This document shows positions 13,383 through 27,840 of a DNA stretch of 64,000 bases, in pieces. Numbering within the stretch: position 1 is the first letter of the stretch; each line of letters begins with the position of its first letter. The notes below the pieces were generated by a model. The model had not been told where the DNA came from, did no database searches, and worked only from the letters and a program-made list of their open reading frames with translations. Source of the DNA: Girardia tigrina (lineage: Eukaryota); NCBI GenBank assembly GCA_001938485.1, contig MQRK01228140.1:1-64000 (forward strand). The letters run 5' to 3'. Both the position numbers and the translations under genes were made by a program.

Positions 13383-13603
13383 CCTCTCCTAATAATTTTT
13401 TAAAATACTGCACAGTTTTTTAAAATCGGTTATCGTTACATCCGATCTGCAACTTCCTATGCCCAGCAATATTACTATCATTACTAAATCATCTATGCTG
13501 CTGAATACACTTGCAGAAATAACCAGAAGTCTTTCCAATGTATTTGGCATCACACCCATTACAAGGAAATACTGTGCAGAATTTTTTAAATTATTGGGAG
13601 AGT
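13383..13603. mobile_element. MITE-like element with ~33-bp TIRs
   Basis: CCTCTCCTAATAATTTTTTAAAATACTGCACAGT versus ACTGTGCAGAATTTTTTAAATTATTGGGAGAGT. Confidence 0.6.
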
Positions 13604-14618
13604 ATCTCTTGTGATACATTATTGATCAACTGATCAATTAATATTCAAATAAGCCGCTTCCACTTTTTTGAAATTATTTAATGGGTTGTATTTAAAATGC
13701 TATAAAAACAAATTAAAATGCTAAAAATTAATTTTATAATTGTTATTATATAAATTGAAAACGATATGAAAATTATACATTTCGCAATATATTCTTTGCA
13801 ATAAAAATATTACATTTGCAATAAAAATTAATAAAAAAATTCAATAAAAAATCATTATTCCTATTTATCTCATGCAACAAAAAATATTATTATTTGCAAT
13901 AAGAATTTAATATTTGCCATAAATATTTAATTTTTGCTATAAAATTTTGTTATTTTTTTGTTTTATTATTATAAATGTTTTAGTTTTATTAAATTTTTCA
14001 ATTCTAATTGATACATGTAAAATATGAGCCTCTATCAATGTACATACACTTCTGAGGTATTTTATTATTAATTTCTCAAAATAAATTTTAATATCTATAT
14101 TAATGCAACATTTATATTCCAGAAAATTAGCTATTAATTAAAAATCAAAAAATAAATTGAAAAATAAAGTCAAGTAAACTGATTTAAAGTCTAACTAATA
14201 AATCAAAATTTTTTCATTTTCATGCTTTATACAGGAACTCTGTTTGGCCAACAGAATTTTTTATTGTTTTTTTAGAAAATATTTTAAATATTATTATTTT
14301 GTTGGCCAAGTAGAGAATTGATATAAAAATACTTTTTGATTTATTAGTTTGAAGTGATAATGAAGTTATTTCGTGAATTTTAGTTAGAATTTTCTTTACA
14401 TATTTTTTATTTCACACAAATAAGTTTTACACGATTTGTAATTATTCTTTGGAATCGTATTTGACAAGTAAAAAACAGAATTTAGAATTCCTACATGATT
14501 CTATTATTTAATCTTTCGAATTGAAACAAAAAAGGATCCTCATAGTTGTTTTACCATTAAAATAATAAATATATTTGTTAATTATGACTAGAAAAATATT
14601 TTATTTGATTCTTTTTAG

Positions 14619-14810
14619 TTACCCCGAAAATCAAAACTTAAAGCTCATAGAGATATCAGAGATAATGAAGGATTCATGATTCGTCATTTTGCTGGAGCTG
14701 TTTGCTATAATACTGAAGAATTCATAGAAAAGAATAATGATGCCCTCCACGACTCACTGAAAGCTCTCCTAGAAACAAGCGACAATTCACTAATGCAGTC
14801 GATGTTTCCC
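14619..14810 (+). CDS. myo6: Myosin VI exon
   Basis: [44 protein letters not shown], class VI-type PRKSKL motif; ag/gt boundaries. Confidence 0.95.
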
Positions 14811-14855
14811 GTATGTAATGTTTTTTACTCAACACTTGTTTGATGGCTATAACAG

Positions 14856-14993
14856 AAAGAACATGTACAAAGTGGTCTGGTGATGACTTCAGCGATGAAA
14901 AAGGCTCCGGGTACCGGAAAACTGACATTTATCAGTGTGGCAAGCAAATTCAGATCTCAATTGACTGTTCTGATTGACAAATTAAAGAATTCA
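14856..14993 (+). CDS. myo6: Myosin VI exon (loop 2)
   Basis: Follows a 45-nt gt-ag intron; GKLTFISVASKFRSQLTVLIDKLKNS|gtaag. Confidence 0.92.
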
Positions 14994-15744
14994 GTAAGAT
15001 ATGTTTATTGTACTCAGTTATTCTAAAATATATGTTAAATTATTCCAAAATATGTTTAAAATTATTGTAAAATGTATTTAAATAATTCAATATTGATATT
15101 CAGTTTTTTAAAAAAAATATAAGTTTCTAAATTCTTAATTCTTTATATCTTTCCGTTCATTAGGAATGTTTTAAAATAAGATATATAGAATTAACAAAAT
15201 GTATTCTTATGGGAAATTATTAGAATAATCCATACATCTTTTTACTTCAAAAAGTTATTTTCCCCTAAAAGGTCAATCAAGTTTTCCTAATTTCCCTTTA
15301 TAATTTGTTTTGGAATAATTTAAAATACATTTCTGAATAATATAATATATATAATATTTAATCTTTTGAACGCTGATTTGATAGCTTGAAAAATAATTTT
15401 GTTAAAGCTTTTTTAAGAAATAGATTATGCTTCAAAGTTTCATACTTCATCATCAACAATTACAATTTAATATTCGTTAGATTTAATGTTAGTTTTAGTG
15501 TTAATTTTATAAAATCTTAGTTTGAAGGGAATGATTTTTTAAAATTTATTTCTGTTATTCAGAATATTAAGGGTTAATAATGGTTAAATGTTTTAAAATT
15601 TAATTATAAATTTTAAGATATTAAACGGCTTTACTTTGTTCATTTTTAAGGTTTATAGTTATAAAATGAACAATTGTTTAAATAGTCATTAGTTAGTGTT
15701 GTAATTTTAAATATATTTTGTAATGGTTATTTATCATGATTTTA

Positions 15745-16430
15745 GTGGTGACCACGGATGAAAAAAAACAATGAATGTTTGTGCAATTTCAAAGATGGAA
15801 GAAAGAAGAAGCATTTTCGATAAACTTCCTCAATCAGCGCAGAAAATTTTGACTTCGAAAGTAGCTTTTTTCAACGGACAAGATCAAGATCCACGGTAAT
15901 GGATTGAAGAAACAACGGATTTCACCACATTCAATCAAATGGATCTATCATTGCCTTCGATATGCTTTTAAAAGGTGATCCTAAAGTTTTATGACATGAA
16001 TATTGTGGTCACAAGAAAGATCTGTTAGTCAACGCAGTTAGTGAGTGGTTTTATCCAAATTTTTCTAAACCAAATAGCATAATTGATAAAGTAAGAGATC
16101 TTTGAAATTCAGCTCAGAGACCAGATAAACGGTACCATTGTTCCTAACTCTGAGTTCGAAAATTGGTACAGGAAGTAATTGAGAGTCAGATCTCAAAGAA
16201 GAAATTATTTCCTCTTCCACGGTTTGAGGGTTGCAAAATTAGTGATAGTGTAATCTCCATTTCACCTTATCATATAAATAATTCTTTTGTTTCGATAACA
16301 CCCATAGATTCCTCGGGACAAGTACTGTTTAGGAAGCTATTTATTAATATATCAACTCCAAACAGTTAGCTTCGAGAAAACCGATTTTGAATAAAACTAA
16401 TTAATGTATTATAAAATTATAGTATAAAGG
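15745..16430 (+). pseudogene. Degenerate LTR-retrotransposon gag remnant
   Basis: PBS-like TGGTGACC followed by FFNGQDQDPR*WIEE; boundaries approximate. Confidence 0.45.
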
Positions 16431-16904
16431 ACTTAGCAATAGAGATTTAAAATTTAAAAAGTCAGTTAACAAATACAATATTACTAAGCAAATAATAAAA
16501 AAAATTATACTGTAAGAGAAGAGAGAAAAATTAACGAAGAACATAAATAGTTGATATCAATTCCAAAGAGAATCGAAAGCTTTTCCCCAGTGACCAGATA
16601 CTGAAGTACTTACTATCGAAAGAAATCAATTTACAAAATAAATTCTAAAATTTCCTTATTGAAAATACGATATTTATTTACTTATAGCTTATTCCATCAG
16701 TCATTATTAAATTATCCACCTATTTTGTGAGTCTGAAAATACAACTGTAATATCGAAGCCATATAAAAACCACTCTACCTATAGAAGTTCCCTCAAATTC
16801 TATTTTTGTGCGATAAAACTATTTCTATTCTGTTCGTTTCAAATTTTCATAATTAATGTAAGTTATCTTTCAAAACAAATAAAAAAATCAAAGTCATGTT
16901 GTTA

Positions 16905-17720
16905 ATATGGCGATCACGGCTCATGTGACAACAAACATTATGGGATACGACCACTTCGATGGATCTGAGTCGAAATTAGATGACTTCATAAAACATTTCG
17001 AAATTTATGCCGATATTATGGGTTTAACAGAGATAGAATAATATTAATGGTAATGATCTTCATGACTCCATCAGTAATCACAAAATATTCAGAAATAGAT
17101 GGAAATACGTTTATAGAAAAACTGAAAACTGGATTTGGGAAAGAAAAATCCCTGCTTGGTTCAATGAAGGATATTTTAATTCTCCGATGGAGATCCTCAT
17201 ATCCTGAAAAATGTTCAAAAACCCGAAGAATTGGTAACGACAGATTAATTATTGGTATTAACAGAAAGTAAACTTTTTAAGAAAAGTTGCTCAACCTTGT
17301 TTGCATGAATGTGGTTGATGATTATGATGTGAAAAGAGAACTGAAATTGATTGAGCTACTGAAACCAAGGGCATAAAAGACGTACTTTCAAATATGTGTG
17401 AACTACGCAAAATGGAAAAAGAAGAAACAATCGCGGCATACAATACTGCAGGTAAACATTATGAATCGTAAACGATAGCCAAACGTTGACCACAATATAA
17501 TGAACGAACCCAACAAAGAAATTTCGCAAATAGATACACTAATCAAAGAAATAATGAATACAAACCGACAAATAACTATTCAAAAGTTGTAAAATGCTGG
17601 GCATGCCACGAAGAAGGACACATTTTTTGAAAAAGAAAGGGCCATATCATAACGCAATGCTACATGAACAGGGGGAGGTCGAAAGAAAGAGACCAAGACG
17701 TCAGAAAAAATGAATGGGCA
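16905..17720 (+). pseudogene. Gypsy gag remnant
   Basis: PBS-like TGGCGATC; FDGSESKLDDFIKHFEIYA...DDYDVKRELKL...KCWACHEEGH zinc knuckle; resembles the gag at 58450-59537. Confidence 0.7.
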
Positions 17721-18606
17721 AGGAAAACAATTTCAGTTCATAATTTAATTCGTTTCTGATATTGCTTTGTTTTTATAAACATTTCCTCGAAGCAGTGAAT
17801 ATACAAATCTAGACTTGCTGATACATATTTATTTAGTAAAATATTCAACTAAAAAATTTAAATACTTGTATTTTTTAAGTTAATAACTTTCAAATTATGT
17901 TTTCGAAAATGCTTTTACTAAATATTTTAAATAAGGACTGCCTATTAGTGTTATTCTTTGATTCTTACCCCTCAAACTTCATCCTTTGTTTACTATCCTC
18001 GCGTATACTAATACGGCATTTTATTTTTGGTAATTTGGCATGCTATAAGGGAATCCTTACTTAAATATGGATCCTCTAAATTTGTAATATTATTTAGTCA
18101 TTATATTCTTTTTTAACTTTCCTTTCATGCCCCAGTATAATATCTTCAATTTTTAATCGACATAAACTTTGTTCCTTTTTTAAAGCTTTAATAAATTACC
18201 AGATATTTGGAAGGGTTCCATTTATCATACTCGAAAAACTATTATGTCAACCTTCAATTGTATTATTAGTGCGATTTTAAATTGTATTAAAGATGTTTAA
18301 AAATTTAAATATTTAAATATAAAAAAATAAATATTAAGCTTTTTCAAAAAAATAAAAAATTGCAAAAATATCATAAAGTGGTTGACTAAACAACGAAATT
18401 AAAAACAACAAAAAATATTTAATTAAAACAGTAAAATGAAAAAAACATTATAAAAGGATTAAAACACAATAATGGTAAAATTTAAAAAAAATTACATTTG
18501 GAAAAAATTAAATATATTTTAAAATAATTGTTATAAATATTTTGAATAAAATTATTTAATTTAAAAAATTTTAATTTTAAAATTTAAAATATTAAAAAAA
18601 ATTTGT

Positions 18607-18713
18607 ATTGTCCGCGCTGAATTGTCGCCTCGCTAAATTGTCGCTTCGCTGAATTGTCGCTTCGCTGAATGGTCGCATCGCTGAATTGTCCGCGCTGAAT
18701 TGACGTGGATCCG
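18607..18713. repeat. ~16-bp tandem repeat (CGCTGAATTGTCGCTT) x6, likely a DNA-transposon subterminal array
   Basis: Direct reading; ends in GTGGATCCG. Confidence 0.8.
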
Positions 18714-18958
18714 AAATTTCTATGGTTAAAAAGAACCTTTTGAAGACTGAAAAATAATCATCCTTTCATTTTAAGTTACATTTTCTTTGAGCTCACCAAA
18801 TTCATTAGAAGTAACAACTTTCACTTTTATATGACGAAAGATTTAAAACGACTCTAATTTATTCCATTTGAAAGATCCTTCTATTAATTTCTTTTATTTA
18901 TACTGATATAAATGTATCATATTTAATTTATTTAATTTTGTATATATTATAATTGCAG

Positions 18959-19183
18959 AACACTAACTTCATTAGATGTATTAAACCAAACCTATCTATG
19001 GTGGCGAAGTCATTCGAAGGTGGTAATATACTTAGCCAACTTCAATGTTCAGGTATGACTGTTGTTCTTGATTTGATGCAACAAGGTTATCCAAGCCGAA
19101 TTAAATTTTTGGATCTTTATGAAATCTACAAGAAACTTCTTCCTTCAAATCTGGCAAACTTAGATCCAAGGTTATTTTGTAAA
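18959..19183 (+). CDS. myo6: Myosin VI exon (SH1/SH2 region, converter start)
   Basis: [11 protein letters not shown]...[24 protein letters not shown]...LDPRLFCK|gttag. Confidence 0.96.
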
Positions 19184-19864
19184 GTTAGTACTTGAATTTT
19201 TAATATTTATTTTCATTTTTTTTTATTTATACTGAATTCGTTTATTTTAGCTTATATTTAATTATTATATTTACTTGTTAGTATTCATTTAAATAAATGT
19301 AATCTTCAGTTTACTCCAATGTCCCATTCCTACAAAAGTCGGTACAAATCGAATTGGCATAAAAAGACAGTTTTTCACAAAATTAGTTGGACAAATTTTC
19401 CATGGTTGAAAGGATTAGCCTTACGTCGTGCGTTTTCATAATTCTTGAAGTTTTTTCTTCATTTTCTTCTTCTTTTCGCGATATGTTCTTTTATTAATTC
19501 TTCTAAATCTTCATTCAAGAATAAATGTTCATAAGCTTATAAAATGTGAGTCACGTTTTTAGCTGTAACATCGTCTTATGCTACTTCGCTTGATCGAGAA
19601 AGAAAGTCAGTTTAGTTGTTATATATTTTCAGTCAGTGTCAGAAAATAGTTTTGTGAATAAATGTTAAAGTGCAGTAAACCACGGGTTACATTTTTGTTA
19701 CGTTTAATTTATTCATAATAATAGTAATTATATAGTGTTTTCATTTCTATTTGTGTCTTTTGCATTTCAATTTGGGTCATAGGGGCTAAATATTTTATTT
19801 TTGCATTTCAATGAGAACCATGGGGGTTAAAATTTTTATTTTTGCATTTCAATTTGGATCTTTT

Positions 19865-22330
19865 ACAGGTTTGGCTTAAAAGTTTCTGCCGATGAATAAA
19901 GCTTTCTAAAATTAGTTCTATGCATTCGCGGTTAATGAATTTTTAACATGTACTCTTCAGTAGTTTTGCAAACAATATATGTTATTATTTTCACAATTTG
20001 AACAGAACTTTTATAATAAAATACTTAATTTGTATAAAATTAAACATTGTTTAAATCTATTACGAATGTTTTTCGTTTTTCCAGTGAGTATTTGTACTGA
20101 AAATGCAGTTTTCTAGAGAAGATTTTAGAAAAATCATTTATTAAAACTAGAAGAGAAGACTGTCAACTGCCAATAATAATAAAGAAATCAACTGCATCCT
20201 TGGTGAAGGCACAGTTGGCCTCAGAATATGCTCCGACTGGGTTGCAAAATTCAATAGTGGAAGCTTTATCTGTGAGGATGAGCCACGCAGTGGACGGCCG
20301 TCATACACTTTGGAAGAGGAGATACTAACTGTTCTCAAAGAAGATCCACGAGCTAAAACAAGAAACATTGCTGAGTGCATTGGGAATGACAAGGAGACTG
20401 TGAGAAGACGATTGATTCAAATGGGAAAGCACTATTTGTGCAACGTGTGGATATTATATGTGCTGACTGGTGCAGCGAAGACAAATAGTTACAATCTGTT
20501 AGCAGTCACTTCGACAACTCCACTGCAACAATTTTCTATATCGCTTTATTACAGCTGATGAAACCTGGATTTATTGGCAAAACAGTGATCAACAACGGCA
20601 CAAGTCTTGATGAGGCGCTGGAGATAAACCAGTGGCGGAATCAAAAACCCCCTTACCAAAACGTAATTCATGCTAAGTCTATTCTGGGACTCACAAGGAA
20701 TCATATTGATGGACTTTTTGCCACCTAATGAGAGTATCACTACCAAATATTATTGCGACCTGTTGGAAAAATGTAGCCGTTTTTGAAAAACTACGAAGAC
20801 GAATGTCTGATTGGAATCTCTAGCTCCAGCACGATAATACGAGGCCCCATACGGCTAACATCACACGAGAGAAGATTACTCAGCTTTGTCTAAACATTCT
20901 TGGACATCCGCCATACTCTCCAGACGTTTTCCCTCTGATTATTATTAGGGTGAACAAAAGTCTTTTCGTATTTTTTATTAAAAATTTAAACATAATTTTA
21001 CAACAAATAAAAAAAAATTAAGTTTCAAAGTAAAGGCCATTTGAATCTATAGCTTGAAGCCATCTATGGGCAAGTTGTGGAATCTCGCTGCGGTACCAAT
21101 CCTTGTTCTTTGAAGCGAAGAACTGGTGACACCCGTTTTCAACCTTGGACAGATTATTGAAGCTGCTACCACGAAGAAAGTGTGCCATAGAGCGGAAAAG
21201 GTGATAGTCGGATGGCGCAAGATCCGGACTATACGCTGGGTGTGGAAAAAGTTCAAAGGCGTCGAGATTTTTGATTTTTCCTTTGTTTGTTTGGCGGTGT
21301 GCGGTTTTGCATTGTCCTGTTGTAGAAGAACTCTCTTTCGATTGATTAAAGCGGGGTATTTATCGCCAAGTGCCGCATACATTCGATCAAGTTGGGCGCA
21401 GTAAAGGTCAGCGTCGATGGTACGACCATTTGGAACCAGCTCGAAGTGAATCACGCCTTCGAAATTCCACCAAACACACAAAAGAGCCTTCTTTGAGAAA
21501 CGATCTCGTTTCGGTACCGGTTTCGCCATTTGTCCGGGGTCCAACCATTGATTTTGTTGGTCTGGATTACTGAAGTAAACCCACTTTTCATCGCAAGTTA
21601 CAATTCGACGGATGAAACGGTCATCGCACGGATTTTCAAGCAATTTATTGACAAGTTTCGAAACTATTTTCGGCTCGAATTTGTGTCAATTCATGAGGCA
21701 CTTCTCGACATCGTCTATTGACCTTACCAAGAGCGTGAAGTTGTGGTAAAATGGATGTTTGAGGAATATCGAGTTCGGCCGACAATCTACGAGTACATAT
21801 TGACGGATTTGTCTCGACGGCTTCACGAAATCTACGGAGATAAGTCGGCCTGAACGTACATTGTCTCCGATGTCAATGTCGCCTTCGTTGAACCTTTTGA
21901 ACCAATTTTGTGCAGTACGATTTGAGACCACATTATCGCCTTCAACTTCGCATATCTTCTTTTTTGCTGCAGTTGCGTTTAAACCATGTTTCCAGTAATG
22001 ACGTAAAAGAACACGAATTTCAAAATTTTCCATGCTTTTTCTAAAAGACCATAAAAATTATATTAACGACTAATTAGAAGTTTTAATATATATTGTGATA
22101 GAACAGTTCAAGAGCTTTAAAAACATATAACACATGTATATGAAATATCTTTATTTGGTAATAAGAAACAATTGAACAAAAAGACGTAGAAAATACGAAA
22201 AGACTTTTGGTTTACCCTAATACCTTTGTCGATCAATGAAATCTGCCTTGCAAGGAAAGGATTACGCCAGTTCATCTGCTGTATTACACGATATTCAACA
22301 ATATTCAAAATTTTTGAAAGGTTTAATGTA
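19865..22330 (+). mobile_element. Degenerate mariner, interrupted by a second mariner
   Basis: CEDEPRSGRP, ITADETWIY, QHDNTRPH, HPPYSPD; frame resumes (YLCRSMKSALQGK) after 22222. Confidence 0.8.
20945..22220 (-). mobile_element. Mariner DD34D, full length with frameshifts
   Basis: TIRs TTAGGGTGAACAAAAGTCTTTTCGTA / TACGAAAAGACTTTTGGTTTACCCTAA, TA TSD; TCDEKW, QQDNAKPH, YSPDLAPSD. Confidence 0.93.
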
Positions 22331-23497
22331 CGGTTATGCTTAAGTGCAATAAAAGCCAATTAAGACCTCATTTATTTTTCGATAAAGCAAACTTCTCCGA
22401 TTCTAGAAACCAGAAATACCGATGAAGCTATTCAAAAAATGTATTATTATATCTTAGAATTCGATATATTGAAAGGAGAGCATCCAATGCCAAACTTCAT
22501 TTTTATTGACGAAGCTGGATTTTGCGTATCTATGCGGCGAAATAAAGGTTGGATAGAACGTAGAAGACCTGCAAATGTAGTAGTTCCGGCAATTAGATCA
22601 CGAAACTTTAGTGTATGTGCTGCTTTGTCGTGTCAAGGGTTGATTAAGTATGACGTCATAGATCGAGCATTCAGACCAACGGATTTCAGAGAGTTTTCGG
22701 AAAGTTTAATTGATTTACTGAAAACGGAACATGAGAATGAGAAGTTTATTTTTATCGCTGACAATGCTTCCATCCACAAAGTGAGGAACATTAGAGAATT
22801 GGTGGAAGCAGCGCGTTTTATTTTACTGTTATTGTCGCCGTATAGCCTCTTTTTAAATCCAATTGAAAATAAATTTTCAAAGTGGAAAGGGCACGTAAAT
22901 TCGCTGGCATGTAATAATGAGGAAGATTTGTTTAGTGGTATTAGGAATAGGTTTGAAATTGTAACCGGCAGAGATTGTGAGAACTATTTGTTTTACATTA
23001 ATGAATCCAGTCTAAGATAGGAAACTGTGGAATAATATATATGTAAATGTAATATATGTTATGTAATATGTAAAATATACGTTTATTTTTTGTTTGTTTA
23101 ATTTATTTTTATTTTTTTGCTTTTAAGAAATATTAAAAGTTTAAATGGAAATGCAAAAATAAAAATTTTAACCCTCATGGCCCAAATTGAAATGCAAAAA
23201 TAAAAAATATTTAGCCCTATGGTCCAAATTGAAATGCAAAAGACCCAAATAGAAATGAAAACCCTGTAAACACATATTTTTATTTGTGCATTTATATTTT
23301 ATTTCTAAACGTATTTGTTTTGAGATACTAATATAATTTAATATTATATATTTTATAAATAACAATAAAATTTTAAAATTATTTACCAAATATTATCAAG
23401 TACAACTGTTAGGTTCGATTTCAAAAATAGAATTCATAACATTAAAAATTTATTTCTATAACACTTGAATATTTTAAAACAAATTTCCGAGGAGCTT

Positions 23498-24665
23498 CGA
23501 GGGGAAATTGATTCTTATAACCGACCATTTTGCCAGTTTTTAAATTTAAAAAAAATAAATTAAATAAATATTTACCATTTTAAATAAATTAAATAAATAA
23601 ATAAAATCATAAAATAAAATTTAAATAATAAAATAAAGTAAGATTAAACCAGTAAATAAATTAAAATAAATAATTAAATAAATTAAATTAAACAAAATTA
23701 ATAATCTTTAAAATTAAATAATTTAAAAACCATCACTTTCATATGGTTTCGTTATGGTGTAAAGGTGAGTTGATTGGTGATAAAAATTCAAATTGTCTCT
23801 CAACAATATTCACGAAAACTAATACCGATGACATAATCGTTTTGAAATTAATTCAGTCGATTAAAACAAATTTTCTCGAACAAATTTCAAAGGATCCTTA
23901 TCAAAATCGGTCACTTGAATAATTGGGTAAAATCAATATGATTAAGGAAAATCGAGAATGTGTGTTGTGTGTAAAGAAAATGTTAATTGTGATTGCGTGT
24001 GTGCTTGAATGTAATTGAATGTAATTAATATGTGTGAATGTGATTGGAGTAATTGCATGTTTGTGTGTGTTTGTTTTTATAACAAGAATTTTAACCACAA
24101 TTATTTATGTACAAAAAAATAAATGGTCAATTGTTGTGAAATTTAATCGTAAAAAATATGTTCAATTAAAAAAGTGTCAAATAAATCAATTCCGTGTTCA
24201 ATTAGTAAAATGGTAAAAGTAGAAAAATGTCGATCGATTTGCTGATGTTATCAAGTGGAACAGTAAAAAAATCGAATTTGTGTTAAAGATAATAAAAAGT
24301 TTTTGCTCTCTCTTGAGTTTTTTGAATTAGTCAAGTGAGTCGATATCATTTGTATACTTTTGAAATGAGTTTGATTTACAATTCTTTGACAAATAATACT
24401 CATCCGATAAATGAAATTGTGTCAAATTATCCTCCTAATTCAATTAAGCCTTTTGGAGTGCATTTGCTGAATATTGCTCATTTAGAAACTCTGTTCTCTG
24501 GTTCTAAATTTAATGTGGAGGCACGGTTTCCGTCCAGAGCTATATTTTATTATTTTGCACAAACCAGTCATAATAAAAGTACTAAATATAATATCGATAT
24601 CATTTACTTAAATTTAATATCACTTGCTATTTTTTAATTTTGGAAATAGACACAACATTTTGACA
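23498..24665 (+). mobile_element. Diverged copy of the TGGA...TCCA cargo-element family, carrying an ORF-X homologue (24335-24637)
   Basis: 5' end GAGGGGAAATTG...CCGACCATTTTGCCAGTTT resembles the family terminus; A-rich then TG-rich tracts; ORF shares KDNK and FGV motifs with 53859; possible TSD AGCTT/AGTTT. Confidence 0.5.
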
Positions 24666-25082
24666 AGTTTGATATTGTACTAAACTTTAAAAATTACAAT
24701 TTTGTTTTACTTAATTTAATTATAGTAATTTTATTTCACAATTGTTTTTCTTTTCATCTTTACAATTATAAAAAAATTTTAATGAATTACCGTTAAAATA
24801 TTTTGAACGTTACGTTTTTTAAAATTCAAAAATTTATGAATTCACCAAGATAATAACAACAAGTATTATTATATTAATTAACAACTCATTTTTATTTTCA
24901 TTTCAACATGTTCCAAGGCTCAATCAAATTCTAATATATTACTTAATTTATTTTATGTATTTTACTTAATTTATGTTAATCCCACATTTTATATTGTACT
25001 GAAATTTAAAAATTACAATGTTAATTTACTTAATTTAATTATAGAGATTTTAAAACATATATATAATATATTTATATATAAA

Positions 25083-25131
<49 letters not shown>

Positions 25132-26097
25132 TATATNNNNNNNNNNNNNNNNNNNNNNNNNNNNNNNNNNNNNNNNNNNNNNNNNNNNNNNNNNNNNNNN
25201 NNNNNNNNNNNNTATATATATATATATATAGATAGATAACAAATTTCATATTCTTTATTAGAAATAGAAATATAATTTCGTACTTTCTTTTTATTCCTTT
25301 TTTCGATTTATCCTAGGAGGGGGTTTGTATCAAGAATGTTCGAGAACCGGAGAAGAAAAAAATAAAGAACTAATGTTTGTCCGCGAGCGCTTGTTAAAGA
25401 TTTCTCAACAGTACGAAGTTCTTCAAGAATCTCAAGAACATTTGTTACGCTTCTGACAAAAAAAGAGTCAATTTTCTAAACTAGGTATTTTCAATGATAA
25501 ACTTGAGTCCGTTGATAAATATATCGCTGAAGAAGTACTCTGATTTTGAAACCTCGTTATAGCAGAGAGAGAAAATATATAAAGGTGGTTATTGTATCGT
25601 ATTGTCAAATTTGAATCATATTGTTGAATCGTATTGTTGGAACAGAATCGTCAATTAAAGTTCAACAATTCAACAGATAATGAAAGCATCGAAAAAAATA
25701 AGAACAAAGCCGTAATGGATACTGTGTTATAAGTTGATAAAAGTTCAGATAAAGTAAAAATGAAAAATAAAGAAATGGAAATGCAAAAGGATGTTGTTAG
25801 TCATAAAGATCATTTAAAATACCAAAAGATTCCGATCGTAACGCCACAGCGGTGAGATTGAGTTTGTTATCATTCTCCCTTGAAACAGAGACCCCTATCA
25901 ACGCTGTAGTCAAGCTATTGCCCTAACTCGGTTAACAACTATTGTTATTGGTTTAATTATGTTGTAAATATTAACATCCATATTAATATTTGGTTTTTTA
26001 GTTATTATTATACTTATATATCAACAAAAATTTTTTATAACAGTAAAAATAAAACAAAAAGATCTTATTTTAATCTATTATTTGTTAAATGTTTCAG

Positions 26098-26305
26098 TTA
26101 CTTTTCAAAGTTGTTGGTTTAAAAGATTCTGACTTCAAATTTGGCATGACCAAAGTCTTTTTTCGGCCTGGTAAAATGGCGGAATTTGATCAGTTAATTC
26201 GATCGGATCCAGAAAATATTAAGATTTTGGTTGCGAAAGTTAAAAAGTGGTTAATTAGGTATCGTTGGCGGAAGGCACAATATGGAGTTTTGGAAGTCAT
26301 AAAAT
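26098..26305 (+). CDS. myo6: Myosin VI exon (converter and insert-2 reverse gear)
   Basis: DFKFGMTKVFFRPGKMAEFDQLIRSDPENI...KKWLIRYRWRKAQYGVLEVIK; ag/gt boundaries. Confidence 0.96.
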
Positions 26306-27840
26306 GTAAGTTAAATATTGAACCATAATAATTATTTTATTTCAAAGGCTTTAAAAGCGTACCGCTGCCATGTTTTATAAATTAAGCTTAGTGTATGATA
26401 GTTGATCATTTCTCCCATATTTGTTTTACATTCGAGGTTTATATGCAAAAAATATTAAAAATATTTTAATGCAACTGTGATTTTCTTTGTACTTAATATA
26501 TGACCCACACTATCATGCATTTTTAATCATAATATATCTATTAAACTATAAATATTATGATCTAGCAAATGAAGTAAATTTCCTCTTAGTTTTAGATTTG
26601 ATAAACGTGCAAAATATCTTTAAAAAGTTTATATTTTTTGATTTTATTGGTACACCAGCTATGTTAATTTTTTTTGCTATCATTTTGGCTATCCATGTCT
26701 TTACAGTGTCTTTAAATTGACTACCATCGTTAATAAATGATTTGGTGACACTTAATACCGTGACAGTTAATCACCGACACTTAATACCTGCGACAGTTAA
26801 TACCGCGAATCGTATAATTTCTTGATAATATCATCTAGTTTTTCCTCAAAGTGTTTTGGCTGTCGGTACGGTTTTACCAATATTCGTTCTCCTTGCGTTT
26901 CAATTTTATGCGTAGTTAGTGTGGTCTTCCCTATATCATATTTGTCCACCATAAATATCGTTTTATATTCTATTAGTAATTTCATTAATGGTTCATCTAT
27001 CTTTATCACGAACTTCTACGAGGCTAAATATTTCTAAACGAACTATTATAGAAAATCTTTGAAGGATTATGCAAAATATTCAAAAATACTGGAAGGGCTA
27101 TGTGGAAAAAATAGAGATAAAAAATTGACATGGACAAAGGAATGTGACGAAGCATTTCAGACATTAAAAGATAAAATGACAAAAACATCGATCCTAGCAT
27201 ATCCAGATTTCGAAAAGGAGTTTATACTGGATACAGACGCCAGTTTTGATACAATCGGGGCAGTACTGGCACAGAAGGATGCATACGGAAGGGAAAGAGT
27301 AATTGCATATGGATCACACAAGATGAACAAACACGAACTAGGATACTGTATTACAAGAAAAGAATTATTGGCAATCTATTACTTTACCTAACACTTCAAA
27401 CATTTCTTATACGGAAAGAAGTTTCTACTTAGAACGGACCATAAGGCCATCACATTCATGATGACAACAAAGAACCGAATAACTCCACAATTCCAAACTT
27501 GGATAAACTTCCTTAGTGGACTAGACATGAGGATGGAATACCGCAAGGGCAAAAAACACACTGATTCAGATGCAATGTCGAGAAATACATGTGAACTATG
27601 TGTACAATGTCAGACAATGCACGATGACACTGAAAAAGGAAAAGTTAAAACTAGAATGCTAGCATTAACAGAAGATTCAGAAGAGTTCATTTGGCAAACG
27701 AATGATGAAGAAATAGAACAGATTAAAGAAAATATTAAAATGGGAAAGACAGAAGAATGGCTACTGAAAAACAATATCGTGACGACAATAGATAACAAAT
27801 ATTGGATCCTTATGAAGAAGAGAACAGACTTTATAGAAGA

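Larger units (their letters stand above)
19733..23266 (+). mobile_element. Tc1/IS630-like DD34E transposon with ~125-bp TIRs, hosting two nested mariners
   Basis: 19733-19855 inverted against about 23145-23266, TA on both sides; ORF 22439-23020 FIDEAGF...IADNASIH...LSPYSLFLNPIE. Confidence 0.85.
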
